A model generated the notes under the pieces. The model did no database searches. It saw only the letters and a list, made by a program, of their open reading frames with translations, and was not told where the DNA came from. DNA of 63,919 nt, counting the filler, from Rhabdomonas costata (Eukaryota), in NCBI GenBank assembly GCA_019059605.1. It is 42 parts of 42 records of this genome, joined end to end, with 100 filler letters (N's around TTAATTAATTAA, not from the genome) between each part and the next. Parts side by side here need not be neighbours in the genome. Positions count along the whole stretch, not along the records: positions 1 to 1,419 come from JAHMHO010016319.1; positions 1,520 to 2,944 come from JAHMHO010016320.1; positions 3,045 to 4,469 come from JAHMHO010016321.1; positions 4,570 to 5,994 come from JAHMHO010016322.1; positions 6,095 to 7,516 come from JAHMHO010016323.1; positions 7,617 to 9,055 come from JAHMHO010016324.1; positions 9,156 to 10,580 come from JAHMHO010016325.1; positions 10,681 to 12,104 come from JAHMHO010016326.1; 34 more parts are not named here. One strand, 5' to 3'. This document shows, in pieces, positions 1 to 13,218 of this stretch. Numbering within the stretch: position 1 is the stretch's first letter; each line of letters starts with the position of its first letter. A program made the position numbers and the translations under genes.

Positions 1-1419
1 TGTGTTGGGTGGTTTTGGCTGGGGTATGTTGAGGGGTAAGTGACTGCTGGCGACCATGGCGGTCTTTGGATAGGGTGTGCCGAGGGTTGATGTCTGCAAT
101 TGTGTTCAGCATCGTGGGAGTCTGGATATCTGCCATGTACTGGAGATGGTTATATAGACACGTCTAAATGCAGCCGCAGTGTAGATTAGTGGCGGGAATG
201 GTCATCATTCAAATCCAGAGCGGTATCGTCCTCCGAGTGGGTACCTTTCGAGGTGTGGGTTCGGGATGCATATTATTCCACTGCATACACCCATTTGAAG
301 TCATATGTGTCGGAGTAGTACTCCCTCTCAGTCTGGGGGAACATTTGCTTTGGAATGGGCTCGGTGGTTGGGTATTCCTCCAGCAACTACGTCGAAAGTG
401 TCAAACTCAGGTGGTGGTGGTTTACAAGCGGGGTAATTGTGTTGAACGCTTCGACATCATCAACCCTTCTGTACTCCGGATTTACTTCGAGAGAGTAAGA
501 CCTCACAGGTTCTTCCGGGGGGCTTTTTCATGTTTGAGACCCAGTGCCTGTTCGTGTTATGTGGATCACCAACCAGTGTCGTGGATTATTGTTGTACCTG
601 CACGGAAGGTACCCCATCCTTCGTCAAACATTTGCGCCGCGTCCGAACACGAACGGACTTCTGGGCGTGTGTTGCTGTCCGTTTGCACCGCCCTGTCATC
701 GCCTGTGTGCCCCGCAGAAGGCAGCATTATTGCTTGCGCCTCTGGAGGCTCAGTGGCGGGGCCTTATACGCTCCCACTAGCTGACGTAGCAGTAAGCAGG
801 TGCAGGACTGTGCCGTGCATTTTTTGCTAGTCTGTCTTTCAATGTTCCACTGCCATTCAGACGTCCATGAAGACGTCGTGAATTGAACCAGTAGCAGAGT
901 GATATATTCAGTCCACGTGGTTTTGTATTTTGTCTTCTTTTTTGTTGGGCTGGTAATCCACGAGTCTCTCTCTCACTTTCTAAACCCACCACCTCAATTG
1001 CAGTCCACTATTCTACCATCTTACCGCACCCCAATCACCAAATACCATACCCATAAGAACCCGATCATCATCAGCTGCGAAGCATCTCACAAAAATTCGA
1101 ACTCAACCACAAAAATGCAAACTCAAACTCAACCCCAAGAAGTTAAAAAAGAAGGCAGTTAAGCAGGTTATCAGCTGCTTATTTCAGCTGCTTAACTCAG
1201 AAATTTAGAGTTGGCCCTTTTCACCATCACTTACACACTACCACACTCACTCGTTCGCTCTCTGCGCCACTTTATCATTGCTAAACAGTGGCCTTCCTAC
1301 CTGAGGCCCCCCTCCGCCAGATAGATGACCCCTCCATTTGCTGCACCACCATCATTGTTCCCACAAGCTTCCACCTCCCCACAGCGTGGGCAACGTCCGT
1401 CTTGCAAGCACCACCCCCC

Positions 1420-1519
1420 NNNNNNNNNNNNNNNNNNNNNNNNNNNNNNNNNNNNNNNNNNNNTTAATTAATTAANNNNNNNNNNNNNNNNNNNNNNNNN
1501 NNNNNNNNNNNNNNNNNNN
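1420..1519. other. Artificial contig spacer (N44-TTAATTAATTAA-N44); first of 41, recurring about every 1.52 kb up to 62397..62496
   Basis: Identical 100-bp N-flanked six-frame-stop linker repeated 41 times; flanking contigs are 1419-1439 bp. Confidence 0.99.
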
Positions 1520-4500
1520 GGTTTGTTGGGTTCTGGGCGTTGAAGTGGTGGGTTGAAGTGTAAGGGTGCGTTCATGCCTTACGTTGCCTTACGTTGAGGG
1601 AGTGTAGGCGTACCGTCACTCTCTCGGCATGCGTCCCTCCCACTCTCACTCTCTCATCTCTGACATCAGGGCGTTGGTTGGGTTGACACGTCTTGGCATT
1701 GTGCATGCTTCTGACAGCCTCCTAACCCCAACATCCCGACACGCATCAACGCATCATGGTGGGAGGATAACAACAGAAGCAGAGGTGTGACATCGGCCCT
1801 TGCGCAGCCCTTTGTCTCACTCCCTACCTCCATCACCATCATCACCAGCATCACGGTTGCAGTAGAGGGAGTGGCAGTGAAGGAGGTGACAGTGTGGCTA
1901 TGCACAGCGACACTCGTACCACTACCAACATCACCACTACCATGGGGTGCCAAGCTCGTACTGTGGTAGGATCGGTGTGTGTACGTTGAGTAGAGTAAGC
2001 ATTGCTGCTACCTACCGATCGGTACCACACTCATCCGTTCCAGCAGCGATGGCATGATTCGGGTACGGTGGTGTGAGCAGAGTAGGCATTGCTGCTGATA
2101 CGCTACCGGTTACCACTTACCTCAATCACTTCCCTTCGTGTGGATGGAGTGGGTTTATTGTCCCCTACGGTGAGGTTCGCAGGCTCACTGCAGGTCGATC
2201 TTGGGTCGCCTACCCAGCGCTACTACCCTACGCATAAGGCAAGGGTTCATGTCCATCACTGTAGACTTAGCAGATATACCCAACGTGAGTCAGGGCATCT
2301 ACCAAGCTCACCTCCATCCACTACTAGCGTAGGAAAATAGGTGTTGAGTTACGCGCTACGTTGCATAGCCTCACCGTGATACCTGTATCCTCACGTGGTT
2401 CGTGTTGACTCGATCAGTGAAACGATGCCAACCCAGGCGTTGAACTTCATGGTGATCAATCCTTACTACTCAGGACACTGGGAGCGATCGTCGATATGTT
2501 GTGGAGCACGGAAGTAGCGAGTGGGACAGTAGTGGCATAGCCGTACGCAGCCTTGTTGTTCTAGAGAGATCCCGATGGAATTCAAGGTAACCGGATGCAG
2601 AGATGCACTCAGAACCCAAAACCAACGCATCAAGAACCCCGAACCCATAAACCCGACGCACTAACACCCTCAACTCGCGAGCACTAACCACTACAGAAGC
2701 ACTCAAGACACAGAACCCGAAACCCACCACCCAACGCCAAATACCTAAAGCATAAACCCAACCCAAAGACCGAATGCATGAACCCGAATACCTAACGCCT
2801 AGAAACCCAACCCCAGCACCCAAACCCCGAACCCAAGACGCGAAGAATAAAGGCATAAAACCAAAGACATAAAGGCATAAAAAATGTATCCTCCCGAAAC
2901 AAAGACTTAAAAACAACGCGGAATTCGAAACCACCAACCCACACNNNNNNNNNNNNNNNNNNNNNNNNNNNNNNNNNNNNNNNNNNNNTTAATTAATTAA
3001 NNNNNNNNNNNNNNNNNNNNNNNNNNNNNNNNNNNNNNNNNNNNTGGGGTTTTTAAAGTGATTAGGGACATGTGTGGTGTTCAAATTCCACTATAATCAA
3101 CATACCTCACCAGAAACAACCACGCATCGATGTCAGCCATTGCGGTGCTACTACGATGGCAGAGTGATGGATAGAGACATTTTGTGGGAGTGACCCTGGG
3201 CAATTATGCAAGTGGAGGCAGCAGCAGGCCTACACACATTCACCACTCTACCTGTCCACACAGAAGCCAATATGCCACGTTAGCGCAATTAGTGACTCAA
3301 CAACACGTGACATGATGGATGAGTACAGTGATGCTTACATTAACGCTGATGGTAGAGTTGTGTGTGTAGGAATTGGTCCAATCCACGCAGGTGCGTATGC
3401 TGTATGTCGCATGTTCCTAAGGTCCATGCTCCATCTAAATTACACACAATAGAACACTAGCAGCCCGAACCACCGCAACGCTGCATGAGATGTTAATATC
3501 ATGTGGTTAAACCGGTCAAACCAACCAAAGATGAAGCACCACCACTCCTACCAGGTTGTTCTGCAGAGGTTGAAAGTTGGGACTGAGCGTAGGTTGAAAG
3601 AATTAACCACCATGACCCGAACTCTCACTCATGGTTGTTGACGCAGCTCACTGTGTACCTTACACTACTGTGCAGAGGAACATCTAAAGTCTAGGCCTCA
3701 GCACACTCAACAATCATGAGGTACATGGATGGAGAGAATGCCGAGTGACGCAGATGCTACGTGGGGTGACGTCGATGCCACACTCACTCACATCAACCCA
3801 CCATACGTCTTGATATGGTCCACAAACCCACCTCTTGATATAGTGAGTGACGTTGAGAGTGACGGAGGCGTAATAGTGAAACTGAGACTACTGATGGCTG
3901 AGGCTACCTGCTGCATTACAACCCCCAGACAAGTGGGAAGTGGTTGCACAACCGCAGTCAAACCACTCTTCTACATAAAACACTGCATGTACTGGACTTT
4001 TGGGCCAACCAAAAAAGCAGTTGTCCACGTCACTTGTAACCTGAGTTCAAAGTCCCATACACAGAAACAAATTTTTTTATCCAGCGTAGCTATTAATACC
4101 CGCTACCACAAGAAGACAAGAACAAAGCTAAGGATACAGACTGAATACTGAACCCAACTTCTGAAACCCCTTAAGGCAAAACAAAATAATGACCCCAAAT
4201 ACCCAGCCCGAATTACCAAAACCAACTAAAGAACAGGTAAATAACCATTCATCAAACCCAACTCTATAAACCCAACCATCAAAATCAGAAATGCAAGAAC
4301 AGAAAAACGCTCCAATGCCCATACAACTGAAGACCCCAAGATACCAACTATCCACCGCTAAGGAACCAACTACAGAACCCAGATGCAGAATGCCAAAAAG
4401 TGAAACCAAAATATCCAAGAGGAATTACAAATGAGGCCAAAAATGCCTCCAACGTGATGCCAACCAACANNNNNNNNNNNNNNNNNNNNNNNNNNNNNNN

Positions 4501-7113
4501 NNNNNNNNNNNNNTTAATTAATTAANNNNNNNNNNNNNNNNNNNNNNNNNNNNNNNNNNNNNNNNNNNNGGTTTTGGGTGGGCGGTGCAGGGCCAAGGGG
4601 TGCTTCTCCTGGTAGTGCTCCACAGGGCTGCGGTCGGAGGTGGGGCGCTCGCACAGCGGGCACAGCCAGTACTGGTCGCTGACCTGGGAGAGCCACTTCT
4701 CCCAGTCGTGGCCCTTCAGGGACTCTTCGAAGGTGCTGACCTGCGAGAATGGAGTTTTGTTTGATGGGGGGAACCGAGAAGTCCATTTTCGTTCAGACCT
4801 CTTTTAACCCTTCTGGCTTCGGTTCAGTTTGCTGCGGCTGAAAACGTCAAAACTCAACAATCAGCACTTCAGGGAAGTTATTTGCACATGGCCAACGATG
4901 GGGCGTCTGTAAAACAATCCTTTGCACTGCTCTGGGCTCTGCTCGGACCCTCGGTTTCATTGCTTCACTACAGCTCGGTCTGCCACAGACAGAAACATGA
5001 CAAAACATTCCCTTGTGCACACAGTTCCAAGTTCAGTAACGGCGCAAAGACTTGGTTATTAATCCATTCTTCCTGTTAAAATTACACTGATTGAAGGCTC
5101 ACTCTCAGCATTATATCCCAACGGAAGCGATCAACACCTGCACACTTTCCCAATGGCACCTTAAAGGTTCGAGTGGGGGGGGGGGAGTGGTAACGGCTGC
5201 CAGTAAACACAGAAAACTGACTTTTTGATTTTTCTTTGAAAAGGTGCTCAGGTAAGACATGACAGCAACCTCGAAATGACTTTGCTTTAGCGTGAGGGAA
5301 AAAACTTTGCGCTAAATGAGTGTTTTGCTTAGCACCTCAAAAGCTACTGCTGGGTGAGGATAAGCCTTTGGCTGAGATATGGAGGGTCGAGACGAACATC
5401 ATTCGTTTAGAGGCGAAGGCCATTCCGCGGCGCGGCCGGAGCGGGCTGCTGGGAAAGGAACCTGACCTTGGGGAATTTAACAAAGATTCGAAATTTTCTC
5501 CCATAAATTGTTGCCCCAACCCCGACACCCAACCACTAAGCCTTATCAGGACCCGAGGTCGACTCGAGGTTGACTCTATCAAAGGTTCTGTCCACTGGTT
5601 CTCCATCCTCACCATTGTACAGAGAAGCTGAAGACGGAATATCCAATAGCGCTTCATCATCCGCATTCGAACTTGAGACTGCGGCGGCCAGAAAAAGGAA
5701 CCGCACGAAAAGAACTGGATACAACTATGACCACCTATCGGGTACCAACGGCTTCCAAGGTGGTGGGGCAATGGATGCATGCAGGAGAACTCTTGCCCGC
5801 TGCAGGCAGGAAGGCAGACGCCACAGGGCATTTTGGGAAGTCCTCCGGTCCTATACTTTGCCACGTCCCTTGTATTCCCCTCCTGCATGCCCCTGAAAGT
5901 TCCGTCAACTGCGGTCAAATGTTGTTGTGAACTCCGCTCTCATGGAGCCGCCATGCTTCCTCACCTCCTCCCTTCGGAAGAGCTACACAAAAAANNNNNN
6001 NNNNNNNNNNNNNNNNNNNNNNNNNNNNNNNNNNNNNNTTAATTAATTAANNNNNNNNNNNNNNNNNNNNNNNNNNNNNNNNNNNNNNNNNNNNTGGGTG
6101 ATAGTAGGAATCAAAAGCGATTGTGAGAAGGGGTACGGTGATGAATAAAGAAAAGGGCAAGCGAAAATGCGCTCAGTGCGCAATGAGCAAATAGCGCGCT
6201 GGCAGATGCAAAGCTATTGTCTTCACCATCGGAAAATCCCTTGTCTTCTGCGCTGGTCAGCTGCGTATGTGTCTTGTGGCCGAGTGATGGTGCGTACGTA
6301 TGCGTGTGTGTGTGTATGCCTTGTTGCCTTGTTGCCTGTTGAGCGCATAGAGCGCAGGCTATATGAATGTGCGCTGGGCATAGGTGGGTGAGTGCGTGTG
6401 TGCGTGAATTGTGAATTCTGTGTGTGTGCGTGTGTTGTGATTTTCCCTGGTCTTTTCCCCGCGGAAAGGACCAGAACAAAGTGTGCTCCTATTCCGCAAT
6501 CAGCTAAACGCGGGGGGATTGCGAGGTTACGGTGGTGCTGCGGCCGAAGCGAGCAGAGATCATCGAGCCCACCATACTCATCGTCTCCCCGGCGCGTCCG
6601 CGCCCCTGATAAAAAGGAGGTAAAACGGAAGGCTGGCCTGCAACAAAACCGCCCACTGGCCACGTGCCATAACAAAATCCGAGTCCTGCGTGGCACAGTG
6701 ATCCACAAAAGTGCAAGGGAGCATGACACCTTGCAAAAGCAAAACAAACCTGGCCCAAAGGCAACCAACAGACAGACAAACTCATATGCATCATCATATA
6801 CACATCCTTTTGTCTGCCCATGCTAGAGGAGAGGAGGGGCAGACAAAAAAAGAGTCGATGAGGTAGCCTGAAAGGTGATCCCACCGCATACGGTCACTTG
6901 CTTTAAGGGTTGCTGCGAGAGTGAACGCTTGCCTGGGAGTTGCGGGGTGAGGTGGTCAAGTTGACTGAGTTGACTGAGTTGACTGATGGGGGGGAGGGAC
7001 GGCGGATGACTGTTAAATAGCGTTGTTGGTTGAGAGTGCTGCTTAACATGGCATATGCACATCACTCCCGCTCATCGCTCACACCCAACGAGCAATGAAG
7101 TGCGCGTCGGGAC

Positions 7114-7304
7114 CTTGCCGCGGCCTCCTGCCTTGGAGTCATCCTTGGTGCACTTGCACTTCAGGGGACGGTTGCACTTCAGGCAGGCCTGAGTGCCATC
7201 TGCGGAGACCTCCTGCTTCATCGCGGCCTCCTTCTTGATTGGCTCAAACTTTCGCGGAAGGGAGGAGTGCGAGATCTGGAAAATCTCCTTCTCTCCGGCA
7301 ATCC
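7114..7304 (-). CDS. Exon encoding the C-terminal end of a class III adenylate/guanylate cyclase domain
   Basis: AG/GT-bounded exon reads GIAGEKEIFQISHSSLPRKFEPIKK, resembling the (LK)GI-x4-IYQV-x3-L-x-R-x-F-x-P ending of class III cyclases. Further probable low-complexity exons lie near 6530..6605 and 6175..6260. Confidence 0.55.
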
Positions 7305-7890
7305 CTAAGCGGAGAAAGAGAAGAGATAGGAAAAAACCACAAGAAACAAACATCGCGGGAAATAGACTCCGTAGTGGAGAGCAAGGGAGACAGATAGCGG
7401 GAGACATGGATGCCGCCGCCGGATGTCCTTAAGGTCCTTTCCATGACCTAATCACACTGCCGGTTATCGTAAAAAGGCATCGCAAATCACCAAACGACAG
7501 GAATAGACAAAAAAACNNNNNNNNNNNNNNNNNNNNNNNNNNNNNNNNNNNNNNNNNNNNTTAATTAATTAANNNNNNNNNNNNNNNNNNNNNNNNNNNN
7601 NNNNNNNNNNNNNNNNGTGTGGGTTGGAATTGGTTGCCTCTTCTTTATGGTCATCACTGACCTTTTTGTGTAGGGCCCCTGGGGTAAATACCCCTCCCAT
7701 CGTTGCGTACGCTGGTCCGAGGTGGCGGCTTTTTCCTGCGGGTGTGGTGGCGGGCACTCTGATCCTGATCGAGGCATTTCAGGCGGGAATGATCTCTCCT
7801 CTGCTCGCGTAGGGGTTCGGGCTGGGCTTGATGGGCCGCTGCGGTCTGATCTTCGTCGGCTTCTACGGGCCCTTTTGTCTGCACCCATCG

Positions 7891-7893
<3 letters not shown>

Positions 7894-7933
<40 letters not shown>
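7894..7933. repeat. (GT)n microsatellite in a dynein intron; representative of many (GT)n/(CA)n tracts in the window
   Basis: About 20 perfect GT units. Confidence 0.95.
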
Positions 7934-7934
<1 letters not shown>

Positions 7935-7963
7935 CGTTTGGGTGAATGGGTTGGGTTTCACAC

Positions 7964-8621
7964 CAGGGCACAGCACGAACATCAGTGGGACGGTGGGGGA
8001 GCTGTCATCGAAGATCTCGGCAAGGTTGAACGAAGGAGGCTCCACGAAGTTCTTGTCCAGATGAGACTCAATGAAACGCGAGGCCATGAACACCACACGG
8101 TCAGGACGGATGCACCGCACCTAAAATCACCCCCCCCCTTCGTACACACCGCCCGAGCACCGCAGAACCTCTCACTCGTGCACTCCTCACGGAGTCGCTT
8201 TAGGCAGAAATACCAAACAGAACTTTAAAACAAGAGGAACAACAAGAGCATGGGGAATGCCCACACAAACGGGGTGCCTACCCCGGCGGTTCAACACAGA
8301 ACTTTGGGTGCAAGGACTGAACCAACGAATGAGAGGTTCTTGAGACAGGCATCAAAAAAGAGGGAGGGCTTAAACTAAAAAACACACCACAATCATTCGC
8401 TGCAGGTCGTCGAGCTTCATGTTCCAGTCCCCAGGGAGAATGCCGTCCTCCGGGGTAGCGTTGAGGTAGAACTCCCTCCAGCTGGAGGGCAGCTGCTCAA
8501 AGCTCGACGCGATGCCGTGGAAGGCCACCAGCCGGCGGTCCAGCTCGTATATGTTGTCCCAGCTCTTCTCGCTCAGCCACCCCACACAGGGGTTCGGGGT
8601 CTGGCTCTCCTTGTCAAAGAC
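7964..8621 (-). CDS. Dynein heavy chain, probably axonemal; partial (exons 8621..8388 and 8120..7964), region leading into AAA6
   Basis: Spliced translation PNPCVGWLSEKSWDNIYEL...LPGDWNMKLDDLQRMIV|VRCIRPDRVVFMASRFIESHLDKNFVEPPSFNLAEIFDDSSPTVPLMFVLCP matches conserved DHC motifs; in-frame GT-AG intron. Confidence 0.95.
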
Positions 8622-9542
8622 CTGCGACAAGCACGATCCCTCACATTACATGGTCACGTGGAGCGTATGTGGAACGATCGGACCTGGTCTTCCCCAGAGC
8701 CTGTAAGAATGCCATCGTCTTCAGAAGAAGGTTTTTTTCATTCAGAGGTCATGTTTTTTCAGCCCTGACTATGGCAGTGCATCATAACAATAGCCTAACA
8801 AAACTCTGATGGTCCATTTGGCACCAACAAGAGTATAACGGCAGCTGTCCTGGCCTTTGTGGTTTCGTTATCGTTTTGAATACACAAGCATTTTTCAGGA
8901 AAAATCGGCCCGTCCCGCCGCCTAACGAGCTTCCCGAAGCAAGCGGAAATTTCACTGAACTAAGAAACTAGAAGGAAGCACCAGATTCATCCGATAGTGC
9001 CTGTGCTCCAATCTAGAATTTACAACCACTTAATGGAAAACCCACGTCATCATGTNNNNNNNNNNNNNNNNNNNNNNNNNNNNNNNNNNNNNNNNNNNNT
9101 TAATTAATTAANNNNNNNNNNNNNNNNNNNNNNNNNNNNNNNNNNNNNNNNNNNNTGGAAAAAAGCACGTTGCACGGGAAAAGGTTTCTGTTGGGGAGTC
9201 AGGGAAAACCCTGTGTCTTGGGGCCAAGGGTAGAAGGATGCATTAACTGGGCTTTTTGCAAGCAGGCTGCTGCAAGCCCAGGTGAACGAAAGGCTCTCTC
9301 TCCAACGAAAGGGAAGCGAGGAAACGCAAGTGAAAAGGACATGAAAAAACATATGAAAAAGAGAAGAAAAACGCAGGTTTCCAAGGAGAGGGGGGAGAGG
9401 CTTGTTATGAGAGCACTCATTGCTGACGTCAAACCACTTGCACGGGGTGAGAAAGTACTCAGTTCGAGAGTTCGTAAGACCACCTGTTGGGGCCTGAGGC
9501 AAACCCCAACCACAAGCAACAATCCTCAAATTACTTTCGCCC

Positions 9543-10245
9543 TCACTTGCTGAGGACACGAAGTACTCCGTCCCGCACTCGGGAGGTTCCTGAGCCTGGG
9601 CCTGGGCCTGGGCTGCAGTGCTCCAGAAGCACCCGCGAGGGACCGTCCGAGGGCACCTGTCGGCAGGCCTCCGTAAAAAAGGTCTTCGCAGCCTCTAACC
9701 TGCCCTCCAGGAACGCCGACAGCCCCTGCGAGGAAACGTATCCGTCAGGAAACGGATGAGCAACGGTCGGAAGACACTATGCCACCGCCTGTACGAAGGC
9801 CACTGAGTTTTCAACTTGAACACGACTTACCGGGTGGAATGCAGAGGATGCAGTCGTAACAAAACGTCGTTGTTGAAGGGTATATAACAGATTAGATGAA
9901 GATTCTACTGAAGCACGACAGGATTTCATGAGCAAGCTGCGTACAATGTCTGTAGAGACCCACTGAATATATGCGGACGATTGTGGCGGAGATGGAAACA
10001 AAAGCGGGCGCGGGCGTATCAAAACATTGGAGCCGGACACAAGAGATTTAGCCACAGGCGGGACGTTAAGGGGCGAGAAGGAGTAACCCTGGCAGCTTTG
10101 CTTTAACACTAGTTAACAGTTACCTAACGCACCTGTCGCACAAAATCCTCGACATCAGGATTGGGTGAGTACCATAGTGCGCGTGTGGGGCCAGCTGATT
10201 TACCAACTCCTCTGCTTCTGAAAGCAGATGCCTAGCCAGTACCAC
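9543..10245 (-). CDS. Class III adenylate/guanylate cyclase family protein, 3' part (exon ~10245..10133 and terminal exon 9725..9543)
   Basis: VVLARHLLS...HYGTHPILMS resembles VNxASRLE...YG..ILIS. Terminal exon GLSAFLEGRLEAAKTFF...PSDGPSRVLLEHC...RDGVLRVLSK* matches the TPR-like DGPS...WDGV...K tail of many cyclases. Confidence 0.7.
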
Positions 10246-13129
10246 TAGGAAGGAAGCGGGCGAATGCTGCGAGTAAGGGCATCTACTTGATTTTCGGGGC
10301 TTCAGGTTCATGTGGTCGAGGCATGCCCAACAACACTTCATGACACTGACGCACTGGAAGCAAGAGAACACTGGATGCACGAACCGATCGACCTCAAGGA
10401 TAGAAACAAGCGAGAACGCAGAGCGTTTCAACGATAATGTTTCCGGGTGAAAAGTAATATATTATATGAAGAGGAAGAACGAGAAAAGCGTTCAAACGCC
10501 AACCTGTTCGTAAGCGCGCCTCATTGCCAACGCGCTCAAAGTGGGTACCAACTCCCAGTGCAGCAGGGTGCACGGCGGTGNNNNNNNNNNNNNNNNNNNN
10601 NNNNNNNNNNNNNNNNNNNNNNNNTTAATTAATTAANNNNNNNNNNNNNNNNNNNNNNNNNNNNNNNNNNNNNNNNNNNNGTTTTTCTTGGGTGGTGTGA
10701 AAGCCGACTAAGAAAGGGAAACCTGTCTCTCAAAAAAATTTTGTTGTCCGGCCGCGGCAGGACTCCTTCTGTCATCACTGGTTGGTTGCGGGGGACTCAG
10801 GTCTGCAAGATTCATACCTTTGGCTTTGGAAGAATCTCAGGGAAAGTGCTTTTGCCTTCCATCCTGCTCGGAGTTTGGCCCCCAAACGATGTTTTCTGGT
10901 TCATCGTTGGATCTCCTCATCACTAGGTGAGGTGGAGACTTCATCCAACCAAATGCCTTCTCTTTTATCTGGTCACCCAACTTCTCCCTCTCCTTTCCGG
11001 GGAAAAAGGCAGCTCTTGCCCCAAATACCGGTGTCGTTCTTCCTGCTCGCTCATGAGCTGGACCACCTTGTGGTGCCGCAGTGGATGCTGAACGAGCCTA
11101 AGATCCTAAAAATCTTTGCTCTCAACCTCCCACCAAGCGCGGCGATGCACCCGAAGCTGGTTCCTCTTCCCTTGGGCATCAGCAAGGTTCGTGCACCGCG
11201 GTGAGCTGGTTTGCAAACGATCACGTTGTTTTCCAACCGGTAAATGTGCTAAATGATGGATTCAGCTTGATGCCTCCTCTGAACCGAATACTCCGCGTTG
11301 CACCTTTCCAACTATGAAATTCAAGCACACCCGTTGACGAACTTTGAACTCTGAGAGTGTGGGTGGTACCCTGCTCGCAGGATGTCTCCAGGAACTTTTC
11401 AGTGATGATCCGCGCCCACAACTTGGCATGCAAACTGCAAGCTTCGGAGTTGGTCTCTACAAAGCTGGACATGGGAGTCAAGGTAATGGCATTGGTGCCT
11501 CCACTAAATTCCCCGCATCCATCCCACCCTGCCTGCATGCTATTCCAGGCGGCAGTGCTTGGACACGAGTGTTCTCCCTCTGAACATGTTCATGAGATTT
11601 TTACACCGACCGAGTTTTTTTACCGGCCGAGAGAGCCTTTACAATGGGGTGAAGCCGAAGCTTGTAGTCTTTTCTGTTTCCAATTTTCCCGAGATGACAC
11701 GTTTTGGACGCTTCTTGACCTCCACGCAGCGGGGGCCGAAGTGAGGGGCCCAGGCTTTTGGCTCGCCACCAAACACCAAAAACAATTTGGATATCGCTGT
11801 TGTCTTATCTCGATTTCACTTTATTTGTATGGATCAAAGAATTACGGGTGATGAAATGCTTCCCTCGAAAAATAAAAACAGGGCACTGTGCGATACCACC
11901 GCCGGCTGATGATGATGCGGTCGCTTCGGCAGAACGGTCTCCAAGCAGTGACCCGGCAGGCCGGGTCGAAGGTACTGAAGGCTCTTGTGATTTCTCCGAG
12001 TGAACTCCCAACGCAGTAAGTGTTGGAAATTTGACTACTGCTTGCGAAGCGGACAGGTGTGGAAGGCTCTGCGGTTGCGAATAGGATCCATAGCCCCACC
12101 ACAANNNNNNNNNNNNNNNNNNNNNNNNNNNNNNNNNNNNNNNNNNNNTTAATTAATTAANNNNNNNNNNNNNNNNNNNNNNNNNNNNNNNNNNNNNNNN
12201 NNNNTTGTTTGGGTATACTATACAAGAGTAATTGCAAGAAACGGAAATGACCGCAGTAGAATTTTTGGTGTCAACAACGGTGAAGTACAGATTTCCACCC
12301 ATTTTAATTTGCTTTTTCTTTTTTTTTATACGTCTTTTTCCCTGGGGTGTGGGTGTCCCCGAGAAAAAAAGCGGGCAAGAAAGCGCACAATTAACGAGCA
12401 TTCATTCAGGCTGCCGTGGAATTATGTGTGTTGTTCACGTGTTCCTTCCCTCATTCGCTTGTGCCCTGCGCTGCGAACAACCTGCACCTGTTGCAGCTGG
12501 AAGAAAGCCCACAGGATTGTACAATATATATGAGCGGCCAAAAATGGAAGTGACTGGCCTGGGGTGCAAGGACCAGGGCGCAGCCGTTTCCTGTGCTTCG
12601 GCTTAAGCCCCCTTGGTGGCAAACCCCGAATTACAGACGCCCATGTAATGTGTTTTTGTGATGTATTTGGTGCCGATAAAGTCTGAACCTTCAAAATAGT
12701 CACTCCCACAATGAAATGTCGTGACGGTGAGGACTTCAAAAAGACAAGAGGAAAAGAGCGTGAAGTGCGAGGAGATGGAAATGTAGCGCTTCCTTCTGGA
12801 GTCGATTTCGATGGCAAGAAACACTTGGCTCGACTATGGAGATTAGGATCTCCCATTTGTTGACAGAGAGAATCACTCCAAGGACTCAGTGGCTTTGAGG
12901 TTTTGATAGTGACAAGATATCGAAAGAAGGTTCCGTTTACCTTTAGGAGGGAGGAGGCCCCTTTCAGGAAGTCTTTTCAAGGCTGGAAGACTTCTGATAT
13001 GTTTGCTTCCCTTGCCTCGCGTGCACGCTTGAAGAGATGAAACAACAACCACCACTTTAGAATACGCGGCCCCCTCTCCCCTTTTCTGGAGGGGCTTGCG
13101 AGTGTTTTCTTTGTTTTTTCTTTTTGCAG

Positions 13130-13218
13130 AACCTGCCTTACTGGAGAAGCTGTGCCAGCTGCAGTTTGACTTGGCCCGCAACGGTTTCCGTCTTCTAAAG
13201 CCAGGTGCTGGAACTCTC
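13130..13218 (+). CDS. Exon of a NOL1/NOP2/Sun (RsmB-like) RNA m5C methyltransferase
   Basis: PALLEKLCQLQFDLARNGFRLLKPGAGTL followed by a GTAAGC donor; matches the LxxLQxxLLxxAxxLLKPGGxLVYSTCS region. Confidence 0.75.

Noticed and set aside
168-830. 220-aa plus-strand ORF, and an antisense frame with a Ulp1-protease-like LP...HWLVIHI segment that could hint at stop-codon reassignment
   Set aside because: The plus ORF has no recognisable motif. The antisense frame has about 8 stops of all three types in 220 codons, near random expectation, and no catalytic Cys motif.
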